43,129 nt of DNA from Catajapyx aquilonaris (GCA_000934665.2 JYFJ02003348.1:1-43129); one strand, 5' to 3'; numbered from the stretch's first letter, positions 22,193 through 36,817 are shown. Notes: generated by a model from the letters alone, not told the origin. Translations and numbers: made by a program.

Positions 22193-24350
22193 ATGGAGTC
22201 GCCCAGGCATTGTTGCCCCTTCTCGTGTCTCTTCCGTGCATATTGGATTGGCATCGCCATCGCCTTCGTCTACGGGATATTTTTATTTGTCTCCCATCAA
22301 GTGCACACTTATCCAAACTTGCGTCACAGATTTAAAATAGTTCCTATCATCTTTCGGATTTTGGTCTTGAGCTTAGTTATCCCAGCTGCTGGAGCTGTAT
22401 TGCTTCCTTTTGCAATATATCGCTTGGGTGTGTACTTTTGGATGCGCATCAATCACGGACATGATATGTATTTGATGGACGGTGCTGATGCCGTTTGGGC
22501 AGCTGGTCGAAAGATCCATCCTCCTGTCATCAACTGCCTGTTCTACATGTGTGGTGAGCCGGACATACGAGAAATACAGAGACAGGTATCTGAGGTTGAT
22601 TTACGTTTCGTCTATGTATTCATAATATAAATTGGGTGCTATATTTTTTCACAGGCTCTTATCAAAGGATTGAACCTACGGTGTCCTGATGGCAACCCTA
22701 GATATCCCAAGTTGACCAGGTACATCGATGAGCTGGCAGGATACTGCGTATGGCGTCGTGACCAAGAATTTGACATCAGAAATCATATCAAGGTACGATA
22801 GAAACATACGGGGATTTGACATGCAGAACGATCAGAGTCACGTTTTGATCTCAGTTGAGTTAAGGCATTGGGTATTTCCGATGATTGGGCCTAAGTCAGT
22901 TTTCTGGTAGAAAAATTACAGCCCTCTTGAGTAGCATTTAAAAAATTTCATCCGATAAGGGATAATGCAATCTTCAAACTTCAAACCTTAAAATATCGAA
23001 ATCAGTATAATATTATGACTCGAATCGTTTTACATTTTTCAAGTCTTCATATTGTGTTCTAAAAAAGCAAGGTGTTGACTCATTTCTTCAAAACAATTAA
23101 GGTGATGGACGGCGTCAGCGAAAACCAAACTCTCACTGAGGAGGAGGTTCTCAAAAGGATCACTGTCCTGGCTACGAAAAACTTCGGTCCGAAAAAGCCT
23201 GGATGGGAGTTTCTTCTGATACCATCTGTGGTACCCAAATCTCCAAAGAACCCTGGCGAGAAAACCTATGCTATCTTTGTCCGCTGTCATCACGCTCTCT
23301 GTGACGGTGCTTCAATACTCCGATTCTTTTTGACCGTGGTTAATGACAAACCACTACCAGACAGCTACCTCATGCCCAAAGAAAAAACACTCGCTGGCAC
23401 AGACCTACTGATTCACATCTTCAGATCCCTAAGTGTGATTCCTTTCACTCTGTATCACCATCTTGGACGGAATGACCGCAACAAACTTCATGGACCTACG
23501 GTGTCAGGAGAAAAAGTGGTTGCATGGTCCGAACCCATAAAGACAGAAACCTTTAAGACGATTGAAGCTCGTTTTGGCAGCAGCATGAGGGACGTTCTTT
23601 GCTCTGCAACAGCTTCGGCACTGAACGCATTCTTCCGCAAAACTGGACAAGTTCCGCTACAAGTCATTGGTCTGATGAACGTAACTAGGACGCAACCAAT
23701 TAACCCCGAACTTATTAATGAATTTTCCTTGCTTTATTTGGATCTTCCTACCACATCCATGGACCCTGTCGAGCGACTTAAGGTCTGTCGAGACCGGAAC
23801 AGCAAGATGGACAAATCCACCCAAGAGTTTTCAAATTACTGGATGCTCCGTGCGGCCGGAACGGTCATGCCGGCAGGTCTCTTCCACTATTTTCTGGAAT
23901 CCAGTCCCAGCACGGTTGCATTCTGTAGTCTCCCAGAACTAGAGGGTCAGATCTCCTTCTGCGGTAACCAGGCCACCGATGCTGCATATTGGTTGCCGCA
24001 AAGAGGTACCACAGGTGAGTTGGCCCTTACAATGTTTTACTGGCGTAATTGTTCAGTTACGCGGCGTCTAGCGGTACCGTAGCGATGCAACGCATTTTAG
24101 AAAGAAGCTGATGCCATCATCAGTTTTACCATTTTCTCTCCTGTTGAAACATGGGATGTGACTTCACGGTATCCTTGTATCCTTCGCAGGTCTCTGCCTC
24201 TCTTTGATCAGCTTTAATGGAAGGGTGAGAATCGGAGCCACTGCGGACAGAATCGTAGTTCCTCATCGTGAGCAAGTACAAGAGATATTAAATCATGTGG
24301 CATCGCATGTGGAACGACTTGCGTCCATTGAGGATGAAAGCGAAGCTTAA
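22193..24350 (+). CDS. WS/DGAT-family O-acyltransferase (wax ester synthase/diacylglycerol acyltransferase-like), paralog 1, ~534 aa
   Basis: Exons 22193-22585, 22655-22792, 23102-24014 and 24190-24350, in phase. Motifs FDIRNHI, KPGWEFLLI, catalytic RCHHALCDG, SGEKVVAWSEP and C-terminal GLCLSLISFNGRVRIGATAD; hydrophobic N-terminus. Confidence 0.88.
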
Positions 24351-24851
24351 TTTTTGACGATGATGGTCAGTTACAATGTATATGCATTAGGGTGGTATAA
24401 TAAATTCAAAAATTTGCTGTTATCGAAACTACTGATCTTGTATGTTGTAGTGCTTTGAGCTTTGTAAGCCTCTGAAGTTCAGTCGACAGCAAAAACCTGG
24501 TTACAGGTTCCGTCAAGCCATTGGGCTAGAGTTGATTACGGCCTGCGAAAGTGATAATGTTCACGCATCCGTGACAAATATACAAGAAGTGAGAATAGTG
24601 CTAGAAATTGCAGTAATCGTAGAGCTGGCGGTGTAGAAACGAGGATCCGAGAAATGATTAGTTCCAGAGAAAGATTCAGTTTGCAACACCGTCAGATGAG
24701 TGCGTAGCGTAAACGTCCCACTTGTTTCAAAAATGTAGATCCTTCATTTCTTTTTAAGATGCTCTTGTTCAGTGCATCATACTGATATGGAACAATGCGA
24801 TGGCAAAGCAGGATATCAGTTATGGGCACAAATCATTTTGGATGTGAATTA

Positions 24852-24854
<3 letters not shown>

Positions 24855-24929
<75 letters not shown>

Positions 24930-25267
24930 CAATACAATAATTAATAATATCTGGGGTAGTGCTTGACCTCATCTGAGGTATGCCGCACGGACCTTTATAA
25001 GTACATCGGAGCCTTTATATGTAACGCCCGGGCCCACGGGCAGGATGACAGGAGGGGATGTGCAAGGTGCAGTGCAATGTCTTTATGTGGCCATTTTTAG
25101 TGAACTCCCCCGGGTGGTTTAGTCTGTAGGAAATACCACCCGAGACGAAGCCAGAGGTGACCCTGAACTCTGCACGAGATGAAGGGGGTGTCCCCGGGCT
25201 GGGATCGAACCCGGGACCTTAACATCCGTGGGCGCATACGTTACCGCAGCACCACTCCGCCCCCCCT
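24855..25267 (-). mobile_element. tRNA-derived SINE, family A
   Basis: Reverse complement of 18230-18629; B box GGTTCGATCCC; flanks GATGTGAATTAAAT / GATTTGAATTAAAT as TSD. Confidence 0.88.
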
Positions 25268-28200
25268 GATTTGAATTAAATATGTATTATTTCCAAGCTT
25301 ATGATTGAAACTGGATTTAATTGAGAGTTAAAATTTCCATGACTCATTTGAATTGAACTGAAATAAAATGTTAATAAAAATATATATGAATCGATTGCGT
25401 TGAATTCAGCTGACCTATGAAAATTGAATTGTAGCAAGCTTAGGTAGAATCGATCGAAATTAGGAATTATTGACACATGCAATATTCAGAGTTGGACACC
25501 ATTCATTTCAAAATAAAGCAAGTTAAAGCAATTTCCTGAGCAATCTCAGCATCAGTATGCCTATTTTCATTCTTCGACATTCGCTAAAATGTTATTTATT
25601 AACGATCTGTTCCATGTCTTAAAATGGATGATATCGTGGTTTTTCGGGCTTAACACTGCATCATTCAATGATGCGTTTTTCCGCCAGGTTACTCTTCGTT
25701 ATTAATAATATTAGATTAGTTAATTGTCGCCGTCGACATTAATAACAATGGTAACATTATTATTATTATTGGGAGGGTACTTATTATTTAGACTTGCACC
25801 AGTGAAGGTCGATTGACAACCGATGGTTTATAACTTTTGGTTAATATTTGGCGACAATAAAATTATTTTTTATCAACTATGAATAACAAGTCAGTCGTGT
25901 CGCAAGAGGTAAAGAGGCAAGTTTCGAACACTCTGTTTTTTGTACTTTTGTTTCTTTTTTTCTCGGAGGTTTTATGGGATTTCCGAATCAGAAAATAAGT
26001 GTAACGCTTCCAACTTTATGTTAAGTTTTTCTGATATTTTACATGCCATTTTTTGCCAATTTAATTTATTTTTAAAATGTTACCCTGGAAATGATTGAAA
26101 TTGCTGGGATTTCTGAGGGAGATAATACATGATATATAATTATAATACTTATCTCTCTGGGGAACGGATTCAGTGAATAATCGAAAAGAAAAACGACTGT
26201 AATGTGTAACTTGAAAGGACTTGAATGGAATGAAATTGACTATACTGTATGTTTAAAAAAAATGGAAGTTCATGGCGAATTGAATTGAATTCTGAAGGGT
26301 AAATGAAGTATCTCAATGGAATGAGACTGAATGGACCCAGAGTATTAATAAATTGAATTGAATCTATTAATTTAGTAAGTAATTGTACCCATCATGGTTT
26401 CTTTATTGATATTTAGCAAAATAATCGGCTAACGTGAGCAAAATGGGCATTACTCGGACGGTAGCAGCTGTGTCATCGTTCCTGTCATATCATAAGTGAA
26501 TTTTATAAGACAACATTATACTGTTTTAAAATAATGGCTGATGTGACACTGTACACAAAAGAAAATTGACATCGACCACAACATCACCTGCTTTCACCTA
26601 TCCATTTATTTAGCAGCTAGCAGTAGGCTATTATAGTACTATTAGTACGACCAAAAAATAGGCATGGCTGAGTAATACAATCTTATACATCAATATGTCT
26701 ACCATAATGGAAACTACGCAATATGTGCAATTTATCCAGTCGACTGACCGGGGTTATTTTTTCCTCCAATGCTAACGGCGAAAGGTACCATAACCATTTA
26801 CACAATATTGCACCTTTTCTTTGGTTTTTTCCAAGAGCAATTCCGTTGGTAAAAAGGAGACGAACAAAAGAGAAATTCAATTTCATTTTTTTTTTGTCAG
26901 TATACGAAAGCAACGATATTAAGCATGTTTATGCAGTAGGAGAAACCATTCTTCGGAATAACATACCTTGAGTCGTCATAATTATTGTATAAATTTTTAT
27001 ACAAATCTCACATTATGCTTGGAAATGCTAAAGTAGCATAATTTTCAATATTGATGTAACAGTGACGTCACACCGACTCATCTGCATGCGTAAGGTACAG
27101 TGGCATTCCAACAACATGCTGCAAAGCGAAAGTGATGGCGGAAGACGAAATGGAACCTATATTTTGTTTCTTTTTATTATACAAATTGAGGACCTTTGCT
27201 CTGGTTTTCCAGGGCAATCATATGCCTAAGTTTTTTTTCTCTCTCTAATGACAAAGAGCACAGGTCGATGTAATATGCTTGAACGGATGTAAAGTGCTGG
27301 GTGTATAATAAAGGCTGGAGAAGGAAAGGTTTGGGACTCCCGTCGCAAACTAGAGAGACAAGTTTGTCTAGTCTCTTTTCAAACTTGTTACAACCAGATG
27401 TATTATGACACAACAGTTGCAAGGTATGGTGTAATCTATTCTCAATTAGAGATTGGTGTCGTTTCCTCTAGGCCTGTCTAAGGAGAATTATAACGGGAAG
27501 GAAACCAGACGGTCTTATTTTGTATTTGCCAATTGGAGTTTGATAGCCATATAGCTGGAATAGCACATACGTGTCATGCTGGTTATAGCACAGTTTATTA
27601 TATGTTACAGTACAAGTAATTGTGAAAAAGTCACGCAACATTAATTTTTGACACTGTCACAATCAATATGCAGACAAGCAATCTACGTTTTAAACAAGTT
27701 AATTGTTGCACAACCCGCCTCCCCACAAGTAAAAGTGTCAACAACGTCGGTTAGCACAATTGAAACGCATTGGTGTCATTTACACACAATTTAATAACGT
27801 TACATGAACGTGAACGGTACTGTACCAGCACAGAATATCACCCCATGTAGTCACGTTCTTCGTCGACCTGAGCCAGTGTGAGAGTCTGACCATCACCCAT
27901 CAATTACCAAATATGTGTGGGGTCATTACTTGTCAGTGATGCGCGTCCAGAGAAACAAGCGAAATACACGAGAGTGAGAGAAATCCCACCCAATGCAGAG
28001 AGGAGAGAAAGCGAGCAGAGGTGGTTACATGTTTCACCCCACTCCCCTCAAACACACCACTCCCGACGTATTGTACTTCTTCCTCTGTGGCAAGTGGGAC
28101 AGACAAAGAGAAGGGTCTTATTGGACGAAAGAAACACTTTAGTGTGGTTTGGACCCCAGGAGCGAGAGGGTCGGTGAAGACCACCAGTTCCGTGTCAGAG

Positions 28201-28707
28201 GTTAGTTGGGCTGGAGTCATTCCTTATAGGGCTGGCTCTGTATATGGAACCCTGGAAAAGAATCAAAATCTGCAGGCCGAAGCGGCTGGAAACATCATTC
28301 TGCAGGTATGAATTTACAGTATGAGATATAGCTTGTATTGGGCGAAACTAGAGCAATTTAATTGGAGAAACTGCTAACCACATGGTCTTCTGACAAAAAG
28401 TGGTTGCATCATATTTAAACAAAAAAACAACAACAAAAAAACACGACCTTCCTGCTCTTCCTTTCGACCGGTTCAGGTTGCGTAAGGCGTGATCCAGCTT
28501 GCCCATTTCAGGCCCACTAGCACACTTTCAGCATGTGTTCCAGGCCGTGCCTCTGACACTGGAAACCTTTACACGCAAGACTGTAACACACGCTTGCTTT
28601 TTGTGCTTGGAATGTAGACTATCATCAGAAGGTCAAAGTCACTTTCTCTGGTCATATACAACTGTTTTTCTTGCAGTCGATCATGAAATGACCGGGTATC
28701 GACATTC

Positions 28708-31700
28708 ATGATGACGTACAGAAACGCTGTGCAGACTCTGCTGGACATCCTGTGGTGCTTTGTGAACTTTTTAGTGGCCCTCTTGTGCCTTCCTTTGACT
28801 CTACTGCTGGTACCGTTCCTCTTGTACCGGCTCATGGTGCAAGTCGTGTCGTACTGCATGTACGGACACGGTGTGTTGTTCCTCCGTGGCTTGGACTCCT
28901 CCTGGGGATGGGAGTCGCCATCTGCCAGGTCAATAGTCCACAGTTTCCTGATCATCGACGGACGCCCTGATTTGCATCGCATCAGGGAAAAGATCAGAAC
29001 CAAACTGGTAGAGCAGAAGAATGCGAAAGGACGAACGGCGTTCCCGAGGGCACATCGACGTCTGACGCGGCTGGGAGGCTTCTGGTGCTTCGTCGAAGAC
29101 AATGTGTTCGACTTGACCTTCCATGTGCGATACCTGGATGGCCTTCGAGACGGGGATGTCCTGACCGAGCGGGAGACATTTAATGCTATGAGCAGTTTAG
29201 CCAATCGCCCACTTCCGGAGGACAAGCCGCAGTGGGAGTTTCTGCTGATACCGTCGTTTGTGTATGATCATGAGGTAAGCCTCGCAGGTGGAGCCTGCTG
29301 ATAGACAGAAAACGTGTGTTTATAGTTCTTACCATCACATGGACACGCATGAAATATTCAGGAAATGGCAATTGCGGGTGGCAGATTTAATAAGCTGTTT
29401 GTAGTTGGAGAGACAATTATTTTTCTCTCATGCTTAGCTCATAAATGAGTTCGCCACTGCACTGGTCTTATGGCCAAGTGGAATGAGCCAAATATGCAGG
29501 ATGCTGTAAGTTAGTATTTGTGAAGGGATCTCCAGCTTTGTTGAGTGATATTTTCCGGGAAAGTTGCAGAAAGCTTTTCTGTCCAGAATGGTGTCACAAT
29601 CCCTAAGAAACAAGGAGCGTACGGTCCGCATATTACAATACGCTGCATGGACCATTAAAAGTTGATTTTTATAATTAGAGTAGTTAAACTGTGCACAATT
29701 AATTCTTTTGGCCTATGCGCATCGATGTACAATAATATACAGACGTAGAAATTATTTCATGCCATTGATTTTATAAAAATATAAAATGCCCGACATGGAC
29801 CTCGGCACATTAAACTTAGCCTGATATCCGGCGGCAAATTATATTTTAGCCCAGTTACTTTGGCATCACAAAACCATCGTTATGCATTTTATGTCATGCT
29901 GTCAAATATGACTTAAATATAATTCAGAATTTTCAACGGTCACAAAAAGCAATACTTGATAATATTGATAGTATACTGCTGCCATGCGATACTTTATAAT
30001 TGTGATCTAGTAATGCCACATGCACTACAGAGTAGAAAATGTTAAAATAAGAGTCCGTGGAAGAGAATTTGGGAACTATAGGGAGAGAGCAAAATGAAGC
30101 GTAGGTGTGGCAAAAAATACTGGGAAATAAAGAGCTCAGGTCTGGTAAAGTACTCCTGGCAAACATCCCGAGGTCAATGTCTTACGAATATTATTATCTA
30201 ATTTGTAAGTGCGCTGAATTTAATAATAACTGACGCAGTATGTCAGCAACTTGGAGCACTTGGTTTCCTGAGGCCTGCTGTAAACTTTATATCTAACTCG
30301 CAAAGTTTCACTTTTTATAAGTAGTCTAAAAATTAGTAGGCCTACGTTGAACCTGTTTTTTAAAGTACGGTACCGGAAATGGTAACAATTTGCTGAAAAT
30401 GTGCCTGAGAAATCAACATCTCACCGCCCCTAATGCCCCTGTAATTAGTAGGTAAGCTTACTAATAAGCAAACAAAACCAAGCATTGAGTTTGGAGTTAT
30501 TTCACATAGCCCTACTATTTTGTACGAAGGCTGGAGTAGGCTACTGAGTCTTGGTTATACTGTAGGCCTACATTAGCGACAGAAGAACCTGTCATATGAC
30601 TCGACGCCCATGTTTGCCTCAATTTCAAATAATGAGAACATGCTATGTGTACCACTCTGTGCAATAGTGGGGTAGATTGCTTTTCCTCTTCCTGAACAGT
30701 ATAGTTGTCTAGCTTCTTGCCACAGCAGGTTCTGCATTCACAAGAGGCAATGAACTGTTGACATAATCTGAATATACTTATATTCTATTAAATACCAAGT
30801 TTTGTCAAAACCTTATCCTGATAACATCTTATTACCATCAATAACAACAACAACAACAACAGCAACAACAACAATACTACTAATAATAATAATGATAAGG
30901 GCTCGTTAACCTACTACCTAATTGCAAATGTGTACATCTTGTTCACTTGTTACACAGGTAGGACTGAACCCATCACCCAAGTACGCCATGATCCTCCGAA
31001 CTCATCATACACTGGCCGATGGTACATCGCTGATTCACGCTATCATGGCCTCCATTGCTGATAGACCTCTGGGTCCGATACCAGTGACCATACCTCATCT
31101 TACCTTTGCACACAAATTAGGACTTAATCTCGCCACCTTCAGCAACCTGCCATTGAGTTTTCTGCGACTACAGTTGGGGAAATGGCGTCGCACAGGACAG
31201 CCACTCACTGGAGTCAAAGTCATGAGCTGGTCGCAGCCTTTCGATTTGACCACTTTGAAGGTTATTAGGAAGAAGTTAGGTTGCAGCGTCACCGAGATAC
31301 TCCTATCAACAGTCGGGGCAGCAGTTACGGAGCACTTTGAAGGAAGGCAGGACATGATTGGTGGTTCCAGCACTATGTCTGCAGCAGTACCAGTACCGGT
31401 CGTCATGCCTAAAATAATCAAGGTTTGTTGTTTTATTACTATACATGCTGATAAGTTATAGGTGACTGTACTCTACCTTTGTAGCTGTTTGACATCCATG
31501 CTTGACACGTAATCCAAATCACTACCTAACTCAATAATTAGCGACTACAAGGAGTTACTTCCTGACATTAGACAGCTTGGGTCATATTCAGGGTGTTCTT
31601 CAAAGATACCAGAAAACTTGCGTGGTTGCTTTCCTATAGTGAATATTTATGTATGGGTGTCATTATTTGGCCTCATTACTGAAATAATTTGCTTAAAACA

Positions 31701-34700
31701 CAAGGTATATATCCTGGCAAGTATACGTCCCTCAATGTGATCTCGCCTTTTCATTTGAAATGTAGCTTGAGTGTAACGGAGTAATATGAATTTAAATTGC
31801 GATTTAATTAGGTGTAGCAGGGACAGAAAAGCCTCAGTGACTTTAGGGGGGCCTGGGAGGCACCAAGAAAAAAAAGAGTGAAATTCTGTATGACGAATAG
31901 GCCTGACACTGTCATAAATATTGCTGATACAGATTGTTTATCATAAGCAGTAAATGGAATGCGGGAAAGAAAAATGCTGTGCGGCCCAGGTGCACTTGCA
32001 GTAAGGTCATGGCTGACCTATACATTAGTGTACAGTACGGGGTTTACAGTAGGCCTAATACAAACTGCCCGAAAGTTTAAGCGCAGATCCGTATCGATTT
32101 AAAACTAGTGCACTTTCCTTAATTAAATTGTCAGCCCGGTTGGGTTCACGTGCAGTCTGGACAAATATTGCACATTACTTTTGTTGCATAGCTACTCAGG
32201 GTAAATGTGTAGGGCATGAAACTAATTTTTGCTATAGTATTCGGGTTCTAGGCAAAGGTATCATGCATTGTGTGCAATATGCAATATTTTCTGTTGCCTT
32301 CTGGAAAATCAGGGCGGGATTCAATGACCTTTTGAAAGCATAGCATACTGTATACCCCCTAATTATGGTATATAGCGAGCTTCGTTTCAGTGCAATTCAC
32401 ACCAATGCAATGCTATGCAATAACTTTAACGAGGAAATATAAACCGATGCCAATAAGCGAGTAAAAAGATCATTATTAAGTTAAAAATAGCCCTCCAATT
32501 TTTGCTATTCCGTGGAAATAGCAAGTTTTGGAATTTTCTCGACGTGTGTGGATGGCCGCATCTGAAGCTCATACACGATCAAACATTTCTCTTGAACCTA
32601 GGTAGGCCTTGGGATCAGCCAACTTTGACCTTGACTTTAACCCTTTCTACCCCGAGGCAGTAGGTTACACATTGTGTTTCTGTAGGAACTCTTGAATGAT
32701 ATGCTACGAAGAAAACATTGCACGCAAACAATGTTTAAAACATAATTTTAAAAGGTTAACGGCCCACCCCATGTCGTGTAGCGATGATTCACTACGTATG
32801 TAACTTCATTTTGGTGCAGCCATACATGACACTTTATTAGGTACCGGTAATAGAATCTTCATTGGTCAAAAAACTAAGGAAGCTGGACTGAAACTTTTGA
32901 GGATCCTAAAAATCATCCAAATATGGGCAAATATGGCCAAAGATGTAAATAGGATCCAATAATGTGATATTTTCATTTCACCGAAGTTATTTGCTTGCAA
33001 TTCTCACTATCATAACAAAATTCACAAGCTCGTAATTTGGCGATAGAATCACAAAGCTTAGCACAGAATGGCTTCATAAACAGGAACATAGCAACGCAGA
33101 ATATGTGGGTTGGTTGTGAAGGGGAGAAGTCCAGTGACTTCCAGCTAGTCCATTTTATTGTTCTGGTTTTTAACTGGCTGAAGGTGAAGCTCTTTGTTTC
33201 CAGTAGTCCACACTACATCCTGTCTTTGAAAGGCATAATAGGCCACATCCAAGTAAATATCTACAGGGTGGTCACGAATTCGTCTGCCAAAATGATACGG
33301 GTGGTATAGGGGTGCGTATGGTAAAGGTATAGCATGGACCCGAAAGACCGTCGACGCTACGTCTAGGAGATGTCGACGTTTGACATCGACCATGTCTATC
33401 CTGACAGGTATGGATACCCCCTTGCTTCCCTGCATTGCTGGTTGCCGGTTCCAGGCGCTCGCACTCCTACATCATTGCCTGATCTCGGCAACCAACGATG
33501 CAGGGAAGCAAGGGGGTATGATATACATACTTGTTAGGATAGACATCGTCGACGTCAACGTTGTCGCCGGCCTTCCGGGCCCATACCATACTTCTTCCAT
33601 GCTCACCCACTACCACCCGTATCATTTTGGCAGACGAATTCGTGACCACCATGTACAGTATATATTCTGACGACTATAGTATAATCCTGGGTAGTGCCTT
33701 TCACCCCTGTTGGGGTATATCGCACGGACCTTTATTGTACCGTTATTTTGTACATTGTGAAGACACTGGAACCTTCGTTTGAAGCGCCCGGGCCCACGGG
33801 CAGGATGACAGGAGGGGATGTGCAAGTGCAGTGCAATGTCGTTTGTGAACTCCCCCGGGTGGTTTGTCTTAACGGAGATACCACCCAAGACGAAGCCAGA
33901 GATGACCCCGAACTCTGCACGAAATGAAGGTGGTAACCCCGTGCTGGGATCGAACCCGGGACGCATACGTTACCGCAGCGCCACTCCATCTCCCTTGATT
34001 CAGACAACTAATGCTAGCATAAAAGCCTCAGCCAGCAGTGTCGCAAAAGCACTGCCACCAAAAGGAGGATATAGCCTATCTCGCACTTGATCTTAGACCA
34101 ACTCGCAACAGGCTAATTAGAACTAATTAGGGCGTTTCAAATGAAGTGTGGCCTTTGAGCAAGGCTTCATTTCTGCACTCTACGACTAACCATGTCGCAT
34201 ATAAATAGAAAAATGACTATTTCCCCCAGCTATTTAGACAGGAAAATGTCAGTGAAACGGAGGAAACCGTCATGTGCCGGTGGAATAAATGTGCAAAAGG
34301 AATTTTTATATTTAAATTGGGCATGGTTTAGAGTCAACACGCCAGGAGCAGGGCCTATGTGTTAAAAAAAATCGCACAACTTATATGCTGCTCGCTTGTG
34401 AACCATGGCTGAAGTGTAGAGCATCTGGTAAAAGAGTCATAAGGTGCAAAAATTTAAAATTTCGGGCCATTATACGTATCTGCTTGTAATAGGCCACCTA
34501 AAGGCCATGTAATTCCTCAGACTCTGACCTATACAGTATTTATATATTGTTTAGGGTGGAGATACGTCAAAAACTTGACTGTAATGTACTGTACATGCTG
34601 GCACTAACCTTATCATAACCTAATAACATGCAAGCGCAAAACCGTGCCTCTTTCAGGGAAGCTTCCAGGCCCAAATGAGGAACCAAGTTATATTCATTGG

Positions 34701-36630
34701 AGTAAAGTTGCCCAACAGCCCCGGAATGGACCCAGTCGTCCACCTACAGAAGACCAGGCAGAATAGTCACTGCGCACGCCCTGGGCCAGCTGCTATGGCC
34801 ATGAATTGGGCCATCAACTGTATTTTGGGTGTGTGTCCTGCACCACCTTTAGCACCTCGAGGAGGATTCTTAACGCCAATGACCATAGCAATGTCCAACG
34901 TACCTGGTCCCCCGGATCAAACATGGATGTGGGGACATCGAATAGTGGACACTTTCTTCTGGGTGCCCAACCAGTGCGATACAGGTATGGGTGTGTCGTG
35001 GCTTCTTGTAGCTGAATATTTTTGGTTCTTGGAACATACAGGATTTCAGGTATTGTATACTGTGCTGGAATATCTTACAAGTGCAAGACTCGCATCATGT
35101 GTGCATTTTTCATATAAAAAACAGTTGGGTTAAAAGCATTATCCAAAAAATGGGTTATGAGAAGTTCGTTTGTCATTCTATAGGTAATCAATGACTTCAC
35201 TGGGTAGATTAATCTACCCAGCCGTTTTGGTTAAAGTTGTATGATAAAAATGTCAAAAGGACGCGGTGTAATAGCCACCATAATATTATTTTATTACCAC
35301 ATAAATGTGATGTGTAGATGTTATGCTAGACACGTTTTATGGAGCCCTGTGAAATGGTCAACAGCAATAATCTGTCATTTGAATTAAAGTAACCCGTTAT
35401 CATGGGTTTAGTTTTTTGGGAGTTGAATGAAGTGGCCAGAATAATGAGCTTTGATAATTACCGTATCAGGTTACTTTGAGTATATCGCTGGAACAAGTTA
35501 TATGGGAATTAAAGACATTAAAGTGCTTCACAGGGTAAATAAGTGATAGTGATAATTTTTGATAGGTTAATCCTTAGAGATAAAGGGATAAAAATAATAA
35601 TTGCACTTAGCCGCGCCTCAGGTGTATAGTCTAGCCCCACATAACAACAACAACAACAACAACAACATCCTGGGGATATTTTGAATACTTTTTATACTGT
35701 ATTACCATATCGTTGGGTTGATATAACAACGTTAAGTATTGGGGTGGAGTCAATTTGTTCCAGTTAATTTAGGCCACAGGTGAGAGTAATATGACGCAAT
35801 TCCGGAACCAACAAACTTGTAGTTCGTGACCCTTTCACACAATACTAAACCAATTTTTGTATTATTTATTTTCCAGCACTGACCCTTCTGCTGTGAACTT
35901 TGTGTATGTTTTATCCCGATCGTTCCTAAATCCGGAATGGTTTCCTTTCAAAAATGACCACAACCGCTTCCTTCCTTCCAAATTCTTATCTAGTACTATG
36001 AGTAGTACGAATTTGGGCTACACATACATTTTCCCCTGCATTTCCAGTAGGTTATAATGGAGACGTTGCTGTTGTGCTCATAACGGCCGGGATAGGGGAT
36101 GTCCATAAAGTACCTTGCGTCACGCTTCTGTGGACCCCCACCCCCCAACTTTCGGTTTCCCCCCCNCCCCCACAAAAACTGACTTTTCATTAAACTTGCG
36201 GCTAAAATTTCTGGTACCGTAATGTAAGCGTAATAATAAGCTTGCGGATGAATATTACCTATCTCTACATCACGCAGCGTGACATACATTATGGACAACC
36301 CATAACCCTCTGCAAAAAAATGTATGACACCTGATAGGCCTACCCATTAATGGGCTACACATGATCACTTACTCCACAGCAACAAAACAACAATAAACTA
36401 AATTAAATTTTATTTAATTTTTAGGCCTGGGGTTCTCGGTATTGAGTTACGCCGGGCATGTACGACTTGGGCTCATCGCAGACACAGCTCTTGTCCAACG
36501 AAGAGAAGAAGCAGAGGCTCTTCTGAGTTCCTGGCATAGAAACATTACGCGCATGGAGGACATAGAGACAGAACGAGCCAAAACTTCAGAGTCGTCCGAA
36601 AGTCTAGTGGGTGTGGTGTCAATTCATTAA
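28708..36630 (+). CDS. WS/DGAT-family O-acyltransferase, paralog 2, ~521 aa
   Basis: Exons 28708-29274, 30958-31422, 34657-34984 and 36425-36630 (GT-AG, in phase). Motifs DKPQWEFLLI, RTHHTLADG, TGVKVMSWSQP, MSNVPGP and GLGFSVLSYAGHVRLGLIAD. Probable 5' intron 28306-28676. Confidence 0.9.
33264..33653. mobile_element. Tc1/mariner-type palindromic MITE
   Basis: TA|CAGGGTGGTCACGAATTCGTCTGCCAAAATGATACGGGTGGTA ... TACCACCCGTATCATTTTGGCAGACGAATTCGTGACCACCATG|TA; nearly the entire element is self-complementary. Confidence 0.85.
33680..33993 (-). mobile_element. tRNA-derived SINE, family A (internal deletions)
   Basis: Homologous to the other family A copies, including the 3' stem-loop tail. Confidence 0.82.
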
Positions 36631-36817
36631 TTCTGAGAGATGCGTTGGTTGACGACACATGTTTTGCAAACGTACATAATCTGTGTTACGAAACAGGGGA
36701 GAAGGAAGAATTTTTACTGTATGAATCGTGTAATTAATAATCGGTCAGTTTTTAAAAGTCAAGTTACACTAGGTGAACCCGTGACTGAAGAGTGAAGGAC
36801 GGCATGACACCCATTCA

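Noticed and set aside
28569..29225. 218-aa minus-strand ORF
   Set aside because: Antisense shadow of the WS/DGAT paralog 2 exon; no recognisable domain.
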